A stretch of 64,000 nucleotides of DNA, from contig OZ024762.1 in assembly GCA_964016885.1 (NCBI GenBank), forward strand, positions 7,874,001 to 7,938,000. Direction: 5' to 3'. The notes below the pieces were generated by a model. It saw only the letters and a list, made by a program, of their open reading frames with translations. It was not told where the DNA came from and did not search any database. The translations under genes were made by a program, and so were the position numbers. Below, one piece after another: positions 1 to 13,900 of this stretch; position 1 is the stretch's first letter, and every line of letters starts with the position of its first letter. This DNA comes from Eledone cirrhosa (Eukaryota).

Positions 1-1286
<1,286 letters not shown>

Positions 1287-1486
1287 NNNNNNNNNNNNNN
1301 NNNNNNNNNNNNNNNNNNNNNNNNNNNNNNNNNNNNNNNNNNNNNNNNNNNNNNNNNNNNNNNNNNNNNNNNNNNNNNNNNNNNNNNNNNNNNNNNNNNN
1401 NNNNNNNNNNNNNNNNNNNNNNNNNNNNNNNNNNNNNNNNNNNNNNNNNNNNNNNNNNNNNNNNNNNNNNNNNNNNNNNNNNNNNN
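1287..1486. other. Scaffold gap (200 N)
   Basis: Exactly 200 N; a round number suggests a placeholder gap of unknown size. Confidence 0.99.
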
Positions 1487-4400
1487 TTCTGTGTATACAT
1501 CTGTCTAGAGATATAAGGGTATTAATACGTATTCTATAGAAAGAAGTGCAAGGTTTAACTTGGAGCTACATTTATATAGTGTCTACAGAACAAAGTATTA
1601 AGAGAAATCAACCTTTATTTTTTATTGTGGAAAGTGTAACTTCCCAGATCTAAATTTACAATATGAAGATTAGTAGAGAACAATGTATCTTTCTTTCAAG
1701 AAAGAGGTAATTGTGTATACATAATTCTACATACTCTACTCTATTGAACACAGCGTCTATATATAATGGAGGTACTTCTTCCAATATAGAGAAGAAGGTA
1801 TATTATAGACATGAAGTAAGTTTTGTGTGTGACATAATATATAGAATACAGTTCCTTTCTATTTACACACTACTGTAGATACTGTTAGCTCTCTTGCTTC
1901 TTAGAAAGCATGTATACGTTCTAGTGTGAGAAGCTTATACACAACTACAAGAACAATAATAGTTTCTTAAGAGGGGTATGTGTAGAATCTAGCGAGAAGG
2001 TATTGATGTGTCTGTACAGATCGCAACTTATCTTATATGTGTATGATGTTCACTTCCAGGTTTCTACATACATGTGTATAATATCAAAAGACACACGTAA
2101 TGTCACTTTAGATGTATTCTATAGAATACAGTTTCTTATAGACAGAAGTAAGTCTACATAGATGTTATTTCCCTGTATATAGAGATGGCTTGTTTCTAAT
2201 AGGTGTGTGTAAGAGGGGATTTATTTATATAATATGAAACTAATATAGTGACAGAAGGTCGTTGTCTTCCTACAGTGGAAGAGGTGTATATATACAGATA
2301 ATAAAGCAACAAAGAAAAAGACTGGTTTATTCTTTTATTTCACAATTTATTTACCTTTCTTGTAGTAGTCTCCAGGTCTGGTGCTGTTCCTTAGGAATAT
2401 AGAATAGGTTAGTTGTGTATATATAAAGGTTTAGTTTTGTATCTAGTGAAGAACGTTTATATATGGATGGTGTAGCTATCAAGCAGGTGAGGATGCTAGT
2501 AGTAAAGAGTCTTGAGAGCCATAAGAGCTACATACACGGCAGAGGAATGGAGCTACCATGCTTCGTTAGATGTGAAAGATAATAAAATATAGCTGTATGG
2601 TTTAGTTTCTTAGTGGAGGTTATATATTAAGATGTATATAGTCTAAAGAAGGTTTAGTTTCTATTCCAGTATGAACAAGATTGTATATTGTGCCTCATGA
2701 GTATCTGCCAAGATAATATAATGTCTAGGGAGGTTTAGTTCTTAGAGATAAAAATGTATGTATATATATGTACGTATGTTCTTAAGATTCCTCCTCATAG
2801 TGAATGTTTAGAATAAATTTACGGCTAATACATAAATATGTCTGCAGAAGTTTTATTCTGGAAAGAAACAATGTATTTATGTGAAAAAGTGTCTTCTTGT
2901 ATATAGAATATATCTGTGAGTGTGTGTATAGGATTTATATACAGAAGATAATAAAATGTGTATAGAGAGGAAGCTTGGTTATATTTCCTTATAAATGCTT
3001 CATAGTAAAGTAACATGTATGTTTAGTTAGAAGAAGTAGCTACGTGTATATATTAGGTTTAGTTCTGTGAAGAGTGTTTAGAATAAATTTATAAGACATG
3101 GCAACTAAAACATTACAAGAAGGAATGTTTATAGTGAACAATTCTATGTATGTATATTTCTAACGTGAATTATATTTTTGTGTCTCAATAATACCTGTGA
3201 GTGTATATACGGCAAATAAAACTATACATACCTCTTTACACGTAAAATCCAATCCGATATCATTAATAGTCCCAGAGTAAATAGAATGATGTTACCGCTT
3301 CAATACACTGAAAAGAAATGACAACAAAGGAAGAAGAGTTCCACAAACCGGAAGTAGTTCAATGTAAACAAGGAGCAAATAATTCAAATCAAGGGGAGAT
3401 AACTCTCATCGAATTGTTTGGCAAAAACTCATGCGAGGTGGAGAGCAGGCCAGCATAAAGCCAGCCTGCTGTGGTCCCGACGATTCGAACTTCAGACACG
3501 ATCGAGTGGTCATGCCATACCGAAGTACGACAGCGAAGCCAGAAACGCTACGTGCAGCGCCACGCACAAGCCGCAATTCTACAGAGTCAAATAGGCATAT
3601 TTATAGCTAAAAATGTCTTTCTTTTTTAAAAAAAAAAAGAAACGGAAAGAAAGCGAGATAACACGACATATTCCGAGTGTTATCTCGCTTTCTTTCCGTT
3701 TCTATATATATAAATATAACGGGATATATAGCCATTAAGGAACTACTAGTATTTTGTACATATATAACGGGATATACACGAATAGAAGCCAGGGAATATG
3801 TAGAAAGGGGTTGACTTATATAGGGAGTTTGACGATTTTCGTCGACTTCAAATTCTACGTAAATAAGGTTTCTCGGACATAAGATAGGGAAGAGGTTCAC
3901 GATATATAAGTGAGAAACTCCTAGTATTTTGTACATCTATTCTTCTTGCGGTAGAACCAACCATCTCTTCTGCACTATCTGGTGCGGCTACTGCGTTGAA
4001 CGGGATTAAGGCCCTGTAAGCTGATGTTTTTAATGGTCCTCAGGGATCTGTTATCGAAGCTGTGAATCCTCTTTGTAACGGGCCACATTTCTGCTACACA
4101 GAAGAGAGGACCGATGTATCTTTTCAGAACAATTAATGTCGGTAAATATACTTCAAGATGGTAACACTGACTTAGGCAGATCTGTATATGCAAATCAAAA
4201 TATAAATAGTCGTTAGTATCTTAAGACCATGATTACAATCGATATATGTATTGATTAAACCTAAATTTAGAATATATATAAAGTATATTCTCAGCTTCTC
4301 CCTGGTCTATCGCAGGATTAAGTACTCAGCTGAGTGTACTGAGGCAATGTGAAATGTTTTTAAAGACCCGTAAATCCTGAGGGAGTCATAGTGACAACGC

Positions 4401-5660
4401 ATTGACCTACAGTGTTTCCAGGGCACTTTTTAAAACCTGGTGGAGTTCATCAGGTCTGAATGCAGCAGATTTCTTCCAGAGGAAGAATCGACCCCGGTAC
4501 TTTTTTATCGACATCAAATGGATGAAAGACCAAGTTGGCCTTGAATTCAGAGAGCTGAAATGAAGACATTCTATTTGTTACATTTATATATACATACTTT
4601 CTTTGTCTAATAAATAAAACTAAATCTTCTCTAGACACAGACATAAAGTTACATTTGTATAAACGTTCTACTCTAGAGGTTGCTGGTGTGATCCCCTAGT
4701 CATAGCTGTCACACCAGTCTGTGAGTAGGTTACGGCTAGTAAGAGATGCAGAGGCCGGCAGCTTGATTATGTCAACCTATGGACGGGACTTGATCTTTGC
4801 TCTTTAAACTCTGATGTTGTTGATCGAACTTTGTGGAGAAAAATATCTCATGTTTATGTGCAGTCGGCAACTGGCAGAGTTTAGCGTCAAAGTAACTTCT
4901 CCTGACTCTGTACAAACGAGGGTCGGCTAAAAAGCTCATCGTCTGACTATGACTTGTATGCATTAATTTCAACTCTCCTTATTAATAACTGTATTGTTTT
5001 GTTTCTTCCCATTTGGTCAGTCAGCCCTCTTACATATATAAACCTAAACTTTTACGAAGAAATGAAACTAAACCTTCTCTACACAGTAAAATACTACTTC
5101 CATCTTTGAAGGAATGTGAAATAAACTGAACTTCCATGTGGAAGATCAGGAACTTTGAGTCTGGATGTATCCATAGGCTGCAAGAGGGAGGAGAAAAACA
5201 TTATGAAAAAATTCCAGTAATCCACACCCTTGGCAGGACTAAAATGTCATACCCAACATAAAATCCCAATCAAATAGGTTGATAGGATCCTCATATATAT
5301 TTATATAACCAAATTTAATATAGAAATATTCTACAGAACTAGAACTGTTTTCCTTCGAATGAAACAGTTCTAGACCTGTAGAAGCCATTTCTATATTAAA
5401 TTTTGTTGTATACACTCTACTAATGTATTGAGTACCTTACTATGGTTACCCCTGATTGAACCCAGGACTCATATATATGGTAGGTATGTGTGTAACTATA
5501 GTTACGGGTGGTTCACTGGTTGAAGCATTCAATGCTTGTTTATGGTTCAACCTTAACTTCATTCCTGCTTACTTGTATATATATTAAAACTTAAGCCAAA
5601 ATCTCTTTTTGTGAAGATATGAGCTAGACTGACTAAAATAAGTCAGTTTTACTTATAAAG

Positions 5661-5749
5661 TTCCTCAACCCTAGTTTCTGGACATCAGAAAACAACATTA
5701 ACCATTCCAATACATTAGAAGAATGACAATTCCATCATCAGGATAAGAA
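5661..5749 (-). ncRNA. Type I hammerhead ribozyme-like motif with long stem II loop
   Basis: Minus strand reads TTCTTATC-CTGATGA-TGGA...TCCA-GAAA-CTAGGG-TT-GAGGAA. The core is intact, stem II has 4 bp, and stems I and III are weak. It resembles the 27139-27221 motif. Confidence 0.5.
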
Positions 5750-6320
5750 GTCTTTTGAATACATACCAGGTCGTTGCCGACCGCATGGTGTCCAACAGGT
5801 TGTGATACTGAATTACTATATGAATATATCCCACTCAATGTATGAGGACAACACAACAGCTTTATATTAAAGCTAAAATTAGCAGCCAAAATCAGCTCAA
5901 CAATGATGGAGCAGTTAATCATACAGTAGAGATCAAAATAAGAGAACGATAACTTAATTTTTCCTTTAAAATTTGAAAGAATATTCGTAGTATATATACA
6001 TCTGTCTTGTATATATATATGTATTGTGCTAAAATATTTTCTAAATAACCAAAAGTATAAAAAAGATATTAATGATATACCTTTCATTTTGAAAAAAATA
6101 AGAGAATGGAAACAATCTTTATGAAAACAATGAAATTTGGTCAACAAACTAGGGGTTACATATTCTCAAACATTAATAGGAAGTGTAGAGGGCCTGGCTT
6201 TGGATAAGTTATCCACATGAAGTCACCATCATATTGCAGTTTTGGAGTGATAATATTCCATTCTTCTTCATGTGTGTATATATATACATGCACACACAAT
6301 ATATATATATATATATTATA

Positions 6321-6641
6321 CAAAATATTAATAAATGAAGACGTTCACATATTCAAAATATGTTTTATAATATATATTTCGAAGGTACTGGGCTGTTTTT
6401 TCAGTACGTCCTCATCAGATAAAATACATGAATTGATGTATGACATACCTCAACTGTTTTGATGGTTCAATTCCAGTATTGGCAGTGAATTGAACTCTCA
6501 AGACAGTTGAGGCATGTCATACATCAATTCATGTATTTTATCTGGCGTTGGCGTACTGAAAAAACAGCATAGTACCTCCGAAATATATATAATAAAACAT
6601 ATATTTTGATTATGTGAACGTCTTCATTTATTAATATTTTG
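6321..6641. repeat. Long imperfect palindrome (about 150-bp arms) with a hammerhead motif in each arm; Penelope pseudo-LTR or retrozyme-like
   Basis: 6321-6473 is the reverse complement of about 6487-6641; the element follows a (TA)n tract. Confidence 0.8.
6363..6424 (-). ncRNA. Minimal type I hammerhead ribozyme
   Basis: Minus strand reads TTTTAT-CTGATGA-GGACGTACTG(loop)CAGTACCTTC-GAAA-TATATA-TT-ATAAAA. Stem I 6 bp, stem II 9 of 10 paired, self-complementary stem III, AUU cleavage triplet. Confidence 0.7.
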
Positions 6642-6780
6642 AATAATATTAATAACTCCAGAAAACTTTACTGTAGAGTGCTTTTAATCTATTGTAAAAC
6701 TATATTCTTTGAGTAATCAATGAACCATATTAAACTTTGGCCATATATATATAGTGTGTGTATATATATATATATATATA

Positions 6781-7172
6781 AGGTTGTGAGTTCAATTCTC
6801 AGACCGGGTGATGTGTTATTTCCTTGAGCAAGACACTTTATTTCACATTGCTCCAGTTTACTCAGCTGTAGAAATGAGATGATAGGACTGGGGTCCCTAT
6901 CATACACTGCAAAGTGGTCGTGGAGGTGGCCACGGCAAAAAAAAAAAAGCATCCAGCCCACACTATAAAGTGGACGTGGAGGTGCCATGGAAAAAAAGCA
7001 CCCAGCACTCACTGTAAACGAGATTGGTGTTAGGAAGGGCATCCAGCTGTAGAAAGTAAGCCAGAATCAGTTCCCGTATGAGCAAGACAAGGTCAGCCGA
7101 CCGGACACTGTTCACAACAGGACAACCTGTCTAACCCATGCTAGCGTGGAAGAACGGACGTAAAACGGTGAT
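6781..7172 (+). mobile_element. tRNA-derived CORE-type SINE, 5' truncated
   Basis: B box GAGTTCAATTC, core CCTTGAGCAAGACACTTTA...CTCAGCTGTAGAAATGAG, RTE-like tail ending in TGA repeats. Confidence 0.85.
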
Positions 7173-7409
7173 GATATATATATATATTGTTATATTTGGG
7201 GAGGGTCAAGTTGTTATGATATTGCCAGAAAAATATAGTAAAACACACTCACTGTTTGGTTTGGGTTGGTGTTCGCTTCAGTATATATTTTATATTTCTT
7301 TAATTATTTCAGCTGGTAATTAATGTTTATCATTAATATCAAAAATATAAGTATAGTTTCAGCCAGCTGAATTAATTCTCAACAGGCTAGTTTCATGATT
7401 TACCTGTGA

Positions 7410-7660
7410 TCAACATTGTTGGCTACCTCAGTCTGGATGAGATCCACATCTCCATTGCCCTTAGAGCTGGTGCCAATGTCTGTGGCAGGTACCTTAACTA
7501 TTTTTTTTTTCAGTCTGTGGTGTTCAACACGTTTGGGGAAACTGGGGTATTGACAATGGAGTTCTTATCATTGTTGGCAACACATTTTACCGGCATACTA
7601 GGTAATGCCCACGAGGGTGTTTAGTTATTTCAGCATCTTAGCCTCACAATCATTTGTGCT
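7410..7660 (+). mobile_element. Degenerate 3' fragment of an RLE-type (CRE-like) non-LTR retrotransposon
   Basis: FQSVVFNTFGETG...FLSLLA...G.AHEG..LFQHLSL resembles the C-terminus of CRE-clade endonucleases; contains stops. Confidence 0.45.
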
Positions 7661-7689
7661 GTGTGTACTGATTAATGTTCAGAGCCATC

Positions 7690-8195
7690 CTCAGCATTCT
7701 CCTGAAGCACCCATCCACCATCTGTGTCTCTTGGTCAGTGTCTAAGTCTCAGACCCGTACAGCGGCACAGTCTCCACTGTGGCGACGAAGAGACAGATCT
7801 TCAGGTCTTTACGAAGGTCCGACCCCAAACTGTGACACGCTGCCCAGGGTTTGATCATCCTCTGTGTTCCCAATCTTTACTCCCAGATACAGGAAGTCCT
7901 CAACCAACTCTAGCGGCTTCCCACCTACATTCATAATCTTCTCTGGCTTCTTAATATTCTCTACCAGATACTTCGTCTCAATTTCATTCATTCTCAGCCC
8001 CGCACCCATCGACACAGTCTCCATTTCCCCCTTCACTGAGTTTGTCACCAGAACGATGTCGTCAGCAAATTCAGCATCTGATATCTTTTTAGCCTTAACA
8101 CTCCTGCCCTGAGTCAGCGCTAAAGTAAAACTCGAGTCCTGGTGTTTTTCCAGTGCAAGGCGCATACAATAGTCCACTGTGATGAAATAAAGAAG
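7690..8195 (-). mobile_element. Degenerate reverse transcriptase fragment of an RTE-related LINE
   Basis: ITVDYCMR...ISDAEFADDIVL...GLRMNEIETKY...LELVEDFLYLG (FADD and F.YLG motifs). Confidence 0.85.
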
Positions 8196-8785
8196 ATAAC
8201 GTACGGTCATACACAAGAACTTATCTGTTTAACAGTTATACCACAACAACGTTTTGAAATACCGGTGTAAAGTAAATAATGACACCGGTGTAGCTATTCC
8301 ATTAATGCTTTATGCTACATTCGTTTAGAAAAAAAAATCTTTTTATCATATTAATGGCAATAAAAAAGCGAAAAAAAAAAATATAGAATAAAGAAAATAA
8401 GCAACGAAAGTAAGGGAATATGAGAGGGCGACAAACTCTACTGACCAAGGGAAGGCATTTACACAGTGAATGGCCAGCGACACCAGCTTCAGTATACACC
8501 CTATCTCGTTGCCGATTTTATGGAGGAAATCAAAAGTTCAAGACTGAGGACGACTGAAGTTCCGACGACGACCTGCACGAACGGTCGTTTAACACCCAGT
8601 ATTTTGTTTACGGCCAAAGTGACAAAGTTAATCTTGAATTATCCCCTACCTTGTTTTAGTTATTTACTTATATCAACGACCGAACATAAAGCCGAGAAAT
8701 AAATTAAAAATCTAAAGTCATTAAAAAAATAAAATCATTACATATCCGATGATACAACAGATCGACGCTTTAGTCTCTCTCTCCC

Positions 8786-8832
<47 letters not shown>

Positions 8833-8900
8833 CCTTGTCTGACGAACGAATGCGGACGTTTCTTGTATTCGTCTTATTCGGGAAACCTCTGGTAATGAGG
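8833..8900 (+). ncRNA. Type I hammerhead ribozyme
   Basis: CCTTGT-CTGACGA-aCGAAT...ATTCGg-GAAA-CC-TCT-GG-TA-ATGAGG. Stem I 6 bp, stem II with a mismatched first pair, stem III 3 bp plus loop, GUA triplet with predicted cut after 8894. Confidence 0.7.
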
Positions 8901-10139
8901 TAATTATACAGTATTGTTTATTATACATTAAATATTTAGCTCTGTAACTTACATAGAGCACTCTTCATTCCTCTGACTTTTTCAGCGGAAACTTCAACAC
9001 TTATATATATATATCGAGGGAGTGTAACGTACAGTTACTGTAGGTTCACCCAGGTGAGCACTCGATGTTTAGATTCACGTCTGTAACGAGGTGTAGAGCT
9101 AAACAGAGTGTAAATATATGCTTTATGTGTTCAGTCTGTCATTACCACAGCAGAGATTCAACGAGCTTTTGATTCCAGAGTCGAGCTAGATCGAACCTTG
9201 AGCTGATCAAAAGCGAAACGCGCGTCTCCAATCAATAAACGTAATGAAGACATAACAAATCGTATTTTTATTATTATTATTATTATATACACATATATAT
9301 CATGAGTGTATTTGTAGATACATGTGTGTGTGCGTTCGTATATAAACATTTTATCGCTGAAGTTGTTCCAGATTTTCTCCATTTCTCTTGTCATCTGAGG
9401 AATATTTAGCTGCTATTTCTAGCATGTTCTACGACAGAAGTGATTCTTATCTGAGGGTGATTTGACTGCTAATTTTAGCATGAGTGAATTAAATGTGTTT
9501 TCGGCTACTATTTCTAGTATGAACGGTTCATTTACTGGCTGATTGTACGGTTGGGTTACTGCTCAACGAAGGGAAGTAACTCTTTCAAGACTAAATTCAT
9601 AAAAGTAACCCCTCCCCCAGCGATTTAAAAAAAAAAAATAACTTCATAAATAATCCATGTTCTTTAATTAAATTTTGGAGATACGCAATAAAATGTGTAG
9701 ATTAAGTGTATTGCAGCGAAATATACATTTAAGGGACATATCAACATGAGTATATGTTCACAGGTAGATTTGGCTGCTATTTCCAACATTTTCTAACACA
9801 TTAGAGATTATGTATTCACCACCACACACCCTCCCCTATGCTATGAAAGGTCATCCTTCCCCATTCATCACCGTCAAGCTAGTATGTTGGCTTACTTCAA
9901 AAGTGAATTACCGTCCGTCCAATCTCACTCAGCTCTCATATCACCAAGGTATTTGAAACAGTGGTCAGTTCACAAATAACTCACTTCCTACTGAACTCCA
10001 ACTAGCATGGGTACCAAAATGGCAGGGACTGCCTGATGCAGCTTCTGCATTATTTTGTGAGATGGTTCCAAGAGCCGATCACAACAACCCTTTAAAGAAA
10101 CTATCCAACATTGGACCAGGGAAAGCTGCTACAATGGAA

Positions 10140-11340
10140 TAAATGTTTCCTGGCAAACAGATTCGAGCATGTTCTGGGCAAAAGGATAGTATCAAGCTCA
10201 GTCAGTCAGTTGTGGAGTCCCACAAGGCACTGTGTTGGGACCACTTCTCTTCATTATTTACATAAAGGGCATTAGATTGGCAGTATTGGTAGAGCGTCAG
10301 ACACCATTCTTTGCAGCAGAGTTATGGATGGCCCTTAACATTCTGATTTCAAATACTGCCGAGGTTAGTTTTGTCTTTCATCCTTACAGGGGTCGATAAA
10401 ATAAAGTACCAGTAATGCACTGGGATAATTGCTGGCCTTGTACCAAAAGATGAAAATTATTTACATATAAGCGTCAGACACCATGCTTTGTAGCATAGTT
10501 ATGACCCTTTAGATTCAGAGTTCAAATCCCGCCGAGGTTAGCTTTGCTTTTCATCCTCACAGGGTCAATAAATAAAGTACCAGTAATGCACTGATTCGAT
10601 TTACTCACAATGGGTGACAATAAAAACAATATGCTATTAAACAAGGATAAATTTGAATTAATCCACTTTGGAATCAAGATGTACTGGAGTTACGATATTC
10701 TCTTCCTTCACATGAAACCCTCACGGTATCAATCAGCATCAGAAACTTTGGAGTAATTTTTGATAACATCCAAAGCTGGGCTATTCATAAGTTGATATGG
10801 TCCGCAAGATGTGTTCCTGGATTCTCAGAACTTTCCAGTCTAGAGAAACTCCCACTACCATCCCTACCTTTATCTAGCCCCACCTTGAATAATACTGTAC
10901 ATTGTTGTCTCCTCACACAAGACAAAGTATTATGAAAACTGAAGCAGCCCAAGGGTCAATTACAAAAAAGATTGATGGTATAAGCCTTGACAATACCTCA
11001 TGGAGCAAGAAACGCTGGTCGTCCCAAGAAGACATACGTCAAGCAACTTGAGGACGATACTGGATGCACTGCGGAAGAACTGGCAAACGCTATGAGAGGC
11101 AGAGATGGATGGAGGAAGCGTGTCGTAGAAAGCCGAGCAAGCTCGACCTGATGATGATGATTTAGGTAAACTAGGAAAAACTTCACTCTCTCCAATGCTG
11201 GAGTGAACGCTACATCATCTGTATGATGTGAAAAATATTCCATCAATATTGCCCAAATGATGTTGGCATCAGTTTTAAAAGCCACCCAAGGCTTAGTCCC
11301 TATGCTATCCACCCACTACAAAAATCCAACTTGTATTTCA
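10140..11340 (+). mobile_element. Degenerate CR1/L2-type LINE RT fragment interrupted by SINEs and an RTE tail
   Basis: GVPQGTVLGPLLFIIYI at about 10213-10265, NNMLLNKDKFELIHFG at about 10625-10670, RNFGVIFD and PHLE. Confidence 0.8.
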
Positions 11341-12159
11341 TAGCAACAATATGACACAAATACTTCCCCTCAACTGGCCTCATTGGCTCATAGTGGACTG
11401 GTTTTGGCTTGGTTTCTATGGCTGGATGCCCTTCCTAATGCGAACCACATTTACAGAATAGACTGCGTGTTTTTTTATTGTGACACATACACAACCAGTC
11501 TACACTGTAGACTGTGTGTGTGCATATATATATATATATATATATACATATATAGGATCTTTTGATTCCAGAGTCAGGTTCAATCAATAATAGGTCTTTC
11601 CTCAAGCTGATCGACAGTGAAACATATGTAATATGTTATTAAATATGTTATAATGCAACACTGACTCTTTGTTCCTTTATTGTTATACTACTATACTCTG
11701 CTCTGCGCGAGCATCGAGTGTTCACCTGGCATACCGCCTATGAACGCAATTTTCTTGCACCTATACACACATGCATATATATATGTGTGTCTATATATAA
11801 TATAGTTCATTGGATTTACACCAGAATGGAAGTATTTTGCTGTGGCATATCAACATGCCAACATAACCACTGATGATATCACACATGTGCCAGTTACTGG
11901 TGTAACCATTACGTAATAACCATTCACCATGTCATTGAAATATGTATAATGCAATAAATACAATTATATAAACAAAACGTCTGTCTTAACATTATTTTGC
12001 ACATGAAAACTTTGTTGAGTTAAATCACCATCACAATGGTGGATATATACAACTGATGTAGAGTGCTTTTGTCTGTTTGAAACTGTTTACCTGAGTGATG
12101 TTGCAATATAATATTCACAGATAAGTACCATAATTAGCAACTATATATATACATATATA

Positions 12160-13900
12160 GAGGCATTAAATTGATTGACCAGATCATGAAGGTCACAGAA
12201 AGAGTTATAGCACAACTAATCAGAGAGTGAATTGATCTAGATGAAATGCAGTTTGGATTTGTGTCAAGTAAAAGTACCACGGACACTCTTTTCCTTGTAT
12301 GACAACTACAGAAGTACCTAGCTAAAAGTAAACCCCTATACTTAGCTTTTGTTGACTTGGAGAAAGCCTTTGACAGAGTCCCCCGCTCCATTATCTGATG
12401 GGCTCTTAGAAAACTAGGTGTTGATGAATGGCTTTTGAGAGCTATACAAGCCATGTATAAAGAAACAGTCAGTAAGGTTAGAATTAGCAATGAATATAGT
12501 GAAGAATTTAGCGTAAAAGTTGGTGTTCATCAAGGCACTGTCCTTAGCCCCCTCCTATTTATTATTACCCTTCAAGACCAGCTGCCCATGGGAACTCCTA
12601 TACGCAGATGATCTAACTCTCATAGCTGAATCGATGGCCGAACTAGAGAAGAAATTCCAAACATGGAAGCATGGCCTAGAATCAAAAGGCATTAAAGTTA
12701 ACTTGTCTAAGACTAAAGTTCTAGTATGTAGAAAGGAAAATAGGGTACAGGTACCGTCTGGCAAATGGCCATGCTCAGTGTTTAGGAAAGGAGTAGGCAG
12801 AAATTCCATATTATGTCCCAAATGCAAACTATGGGTACATAAAAGATGTAGTGGGATCACAGGTAAGCTATCTAAGAACATAGATTTTATATGTGGCCGA
12901 TGCTCAAGTGCAAGTGCCCACAGGATGCTAGCTCCTTCTATTGCCCAGATGGTTCTATAGAAATAGGGGACACCTTCCGTTATCTGGGTGACAAAATCAG
13001 CAGTGGTGGAGGGTGCTCTGAAAGTACAGTAGCCAGAGTCAGAACGGGATGGAAAAAGTTCAGAGAACTTATACCACTATTGACGAAAGGTTTCCCTCTA
13101 AAAATGAAAGGCAGATTGTATGATGCCTGTATACGAACAGCAATGTTACATGGCAGTGAGACATGGGCTTTGTGTGCAAAGGATCTGCGCAGACTGGAGA
13201 GGAACGAAGCATCCATGCTCCGTTGGATGTGTAATAGTAATATACGCGAACGGCAAAGCATAAATGAACTAAGTGAGAAATTATGAATAAGAGGGATCAG
13301 ATGCTGTTTACTCAAAAGAAGACTACGTTGGTATGGTCACGTGATGCGCATGAAAGACGACAGCTGTATAAAAAAGTGCAGGGCGATCAAAATTGATGGA
13401 AGTTACGGAGTAGGTAGACCCAGAAACACCTGGGATGATTTGATAAACTCCGACCTTACACACTTACACCTCTCTAAGACAATGTCACTGGACCGAGATC
13501 TTTGGCGCTACGCAGTAATACAGAGGACCCGCCTTGCCTATGTACAAAGCGAAACCTAGTCAGTAGGCACCTCTTAACCAAATATACACCCCCATCCCAC
13601 TACCCCTACCCTATCCTCCCACTCCCACCAACACCACCCTGTCTCTGTAAAGTTGGTGCCACGACAAAAAAACAGTCCACGCTGTAATGTGGCCGTGTAG
13701 GTAACACGGTAAAAACCTCCCAGTTCCACACTGTAAACGTGGTTGGTGTTAGGAAGGGTATCCAGCCGTAGAAAACCTGCCAGATAGCCCTATACGAGCG
13801 AGACATGGTCACCCAACCAATCTTGCCTCAAGTAGGAAAAATTTCCCATCTAAACTCATACTAGCGAAGAAAATAGACGTTAAACGTTGATGATGATATA
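12160..13900 (+). mobile_element. 5'-truncated RTE-clade LINE (RT pseudogene with Cys-rich insert) and 3' tail
   Basis: EMQFGF, LAFVDLEKAFDRVP, VGVHQGTVLSP, LLYADDL, WPCSVFRKGVGRNSILCPKCKLWVHKRCSG, FRYLGD, MLHGSETW, RRLRWYGHVMRM and GRPRNTW, with stops and frameshifts; ends in (TGA)n. Confidence 0.95.

Noticed and set aside
1487-3150. Sequence after the gap with recurring GGTTTAGTT and TATAGAATA words
   Set aside because: No clear period or ORF. It looks like low-quality contig-end consensus or a very decayed satellite and cannot be interpreted without reads.
8200-8770. CpG-enriched stretch as a possible promoter or first exon (also about 3330-3600)
   Set aside because: No linked coding exon or recognisable core element; it could equally be repeat-derived.
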